A stretch of DNA of 64,000 nt from Mobula hypostoma (lineage: Eukaryota). The position numbers and the translations under genes were made by a program. The notes below the pieces were generated by a model. That model was given only the letters and a program-made list of their open reading frames with translations. It was not told the origin of the DNA and did no database searches. Below are positions 63,881 through 64,000 of this stretch, one piece after another (position 1 is the stretch's first letter; each line of letters begins with the position of its first letter). The stretch lies in the NCBI RefSeq assembly GCF_963921235.1, contig NC_086100.1, positions 63,488,001-63,552,000 of the forward strand, written 5' to 3'.

Positions 63881-64000
63881 ACTCCATTTTTATTTCCAGT
63901 ACAATACATAATAATAAAAATAACATTTCAGGTTGAAGTCTTTTTGTTGGAACTAGGCAAGGGGTATTTAAAAAGTCAAATAAAAATTCCCTTTCTTCAT

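Overview
Vertebrate genomic DNA, most likely from a cartilaginous fish and probably a ray. This assignment is inferred from the repeat repertoire: CR1-type LINEs, Penelope-like elements, V- and Deu-SINEs, Rex1/Babar and HERO. No host protein-coding gene can be identified with confidence, and almost every ORF in the supplied track is transposon-derived or spurious. The first 33 kb is a dense nest of mobile elements. Removing the nested insertions by eye reconstructs two adjacent, degenerate minus-strand endogenous retroviruses. ERV-A (about 4269-13361) has paired ~760-bp LTRs, a tRNA-Pro PBS, gag with a zinc knuckle, protease, RNase H and integrase remnants, no RT, and an unassigned 3' region with several splice acceptors. 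ERV-B (about 15739-25959) has paired LTRs, a PPT, gag, protease, a 2H-phosphoesterase-like domain, a deleted RT, integrase and a gamma-type env with CWIC and ISD motifs. Also present are a HERO RLE retrotransposon, a near full-length Rex1/Babar LINE, hAT, Tigger and Harbinger elements with visible TSDs, and many Penelope pseudo-LTRs carrying minimal hammerhead ribozymes, several as inverted pairs. The region from about 33 to 64 kb is AT-rich and intron- or intergenic-like, with scattered and mostly minus-strand retroelements and one weak candidate exon. All family assignments come from motif recognition by eye; no database search was run.
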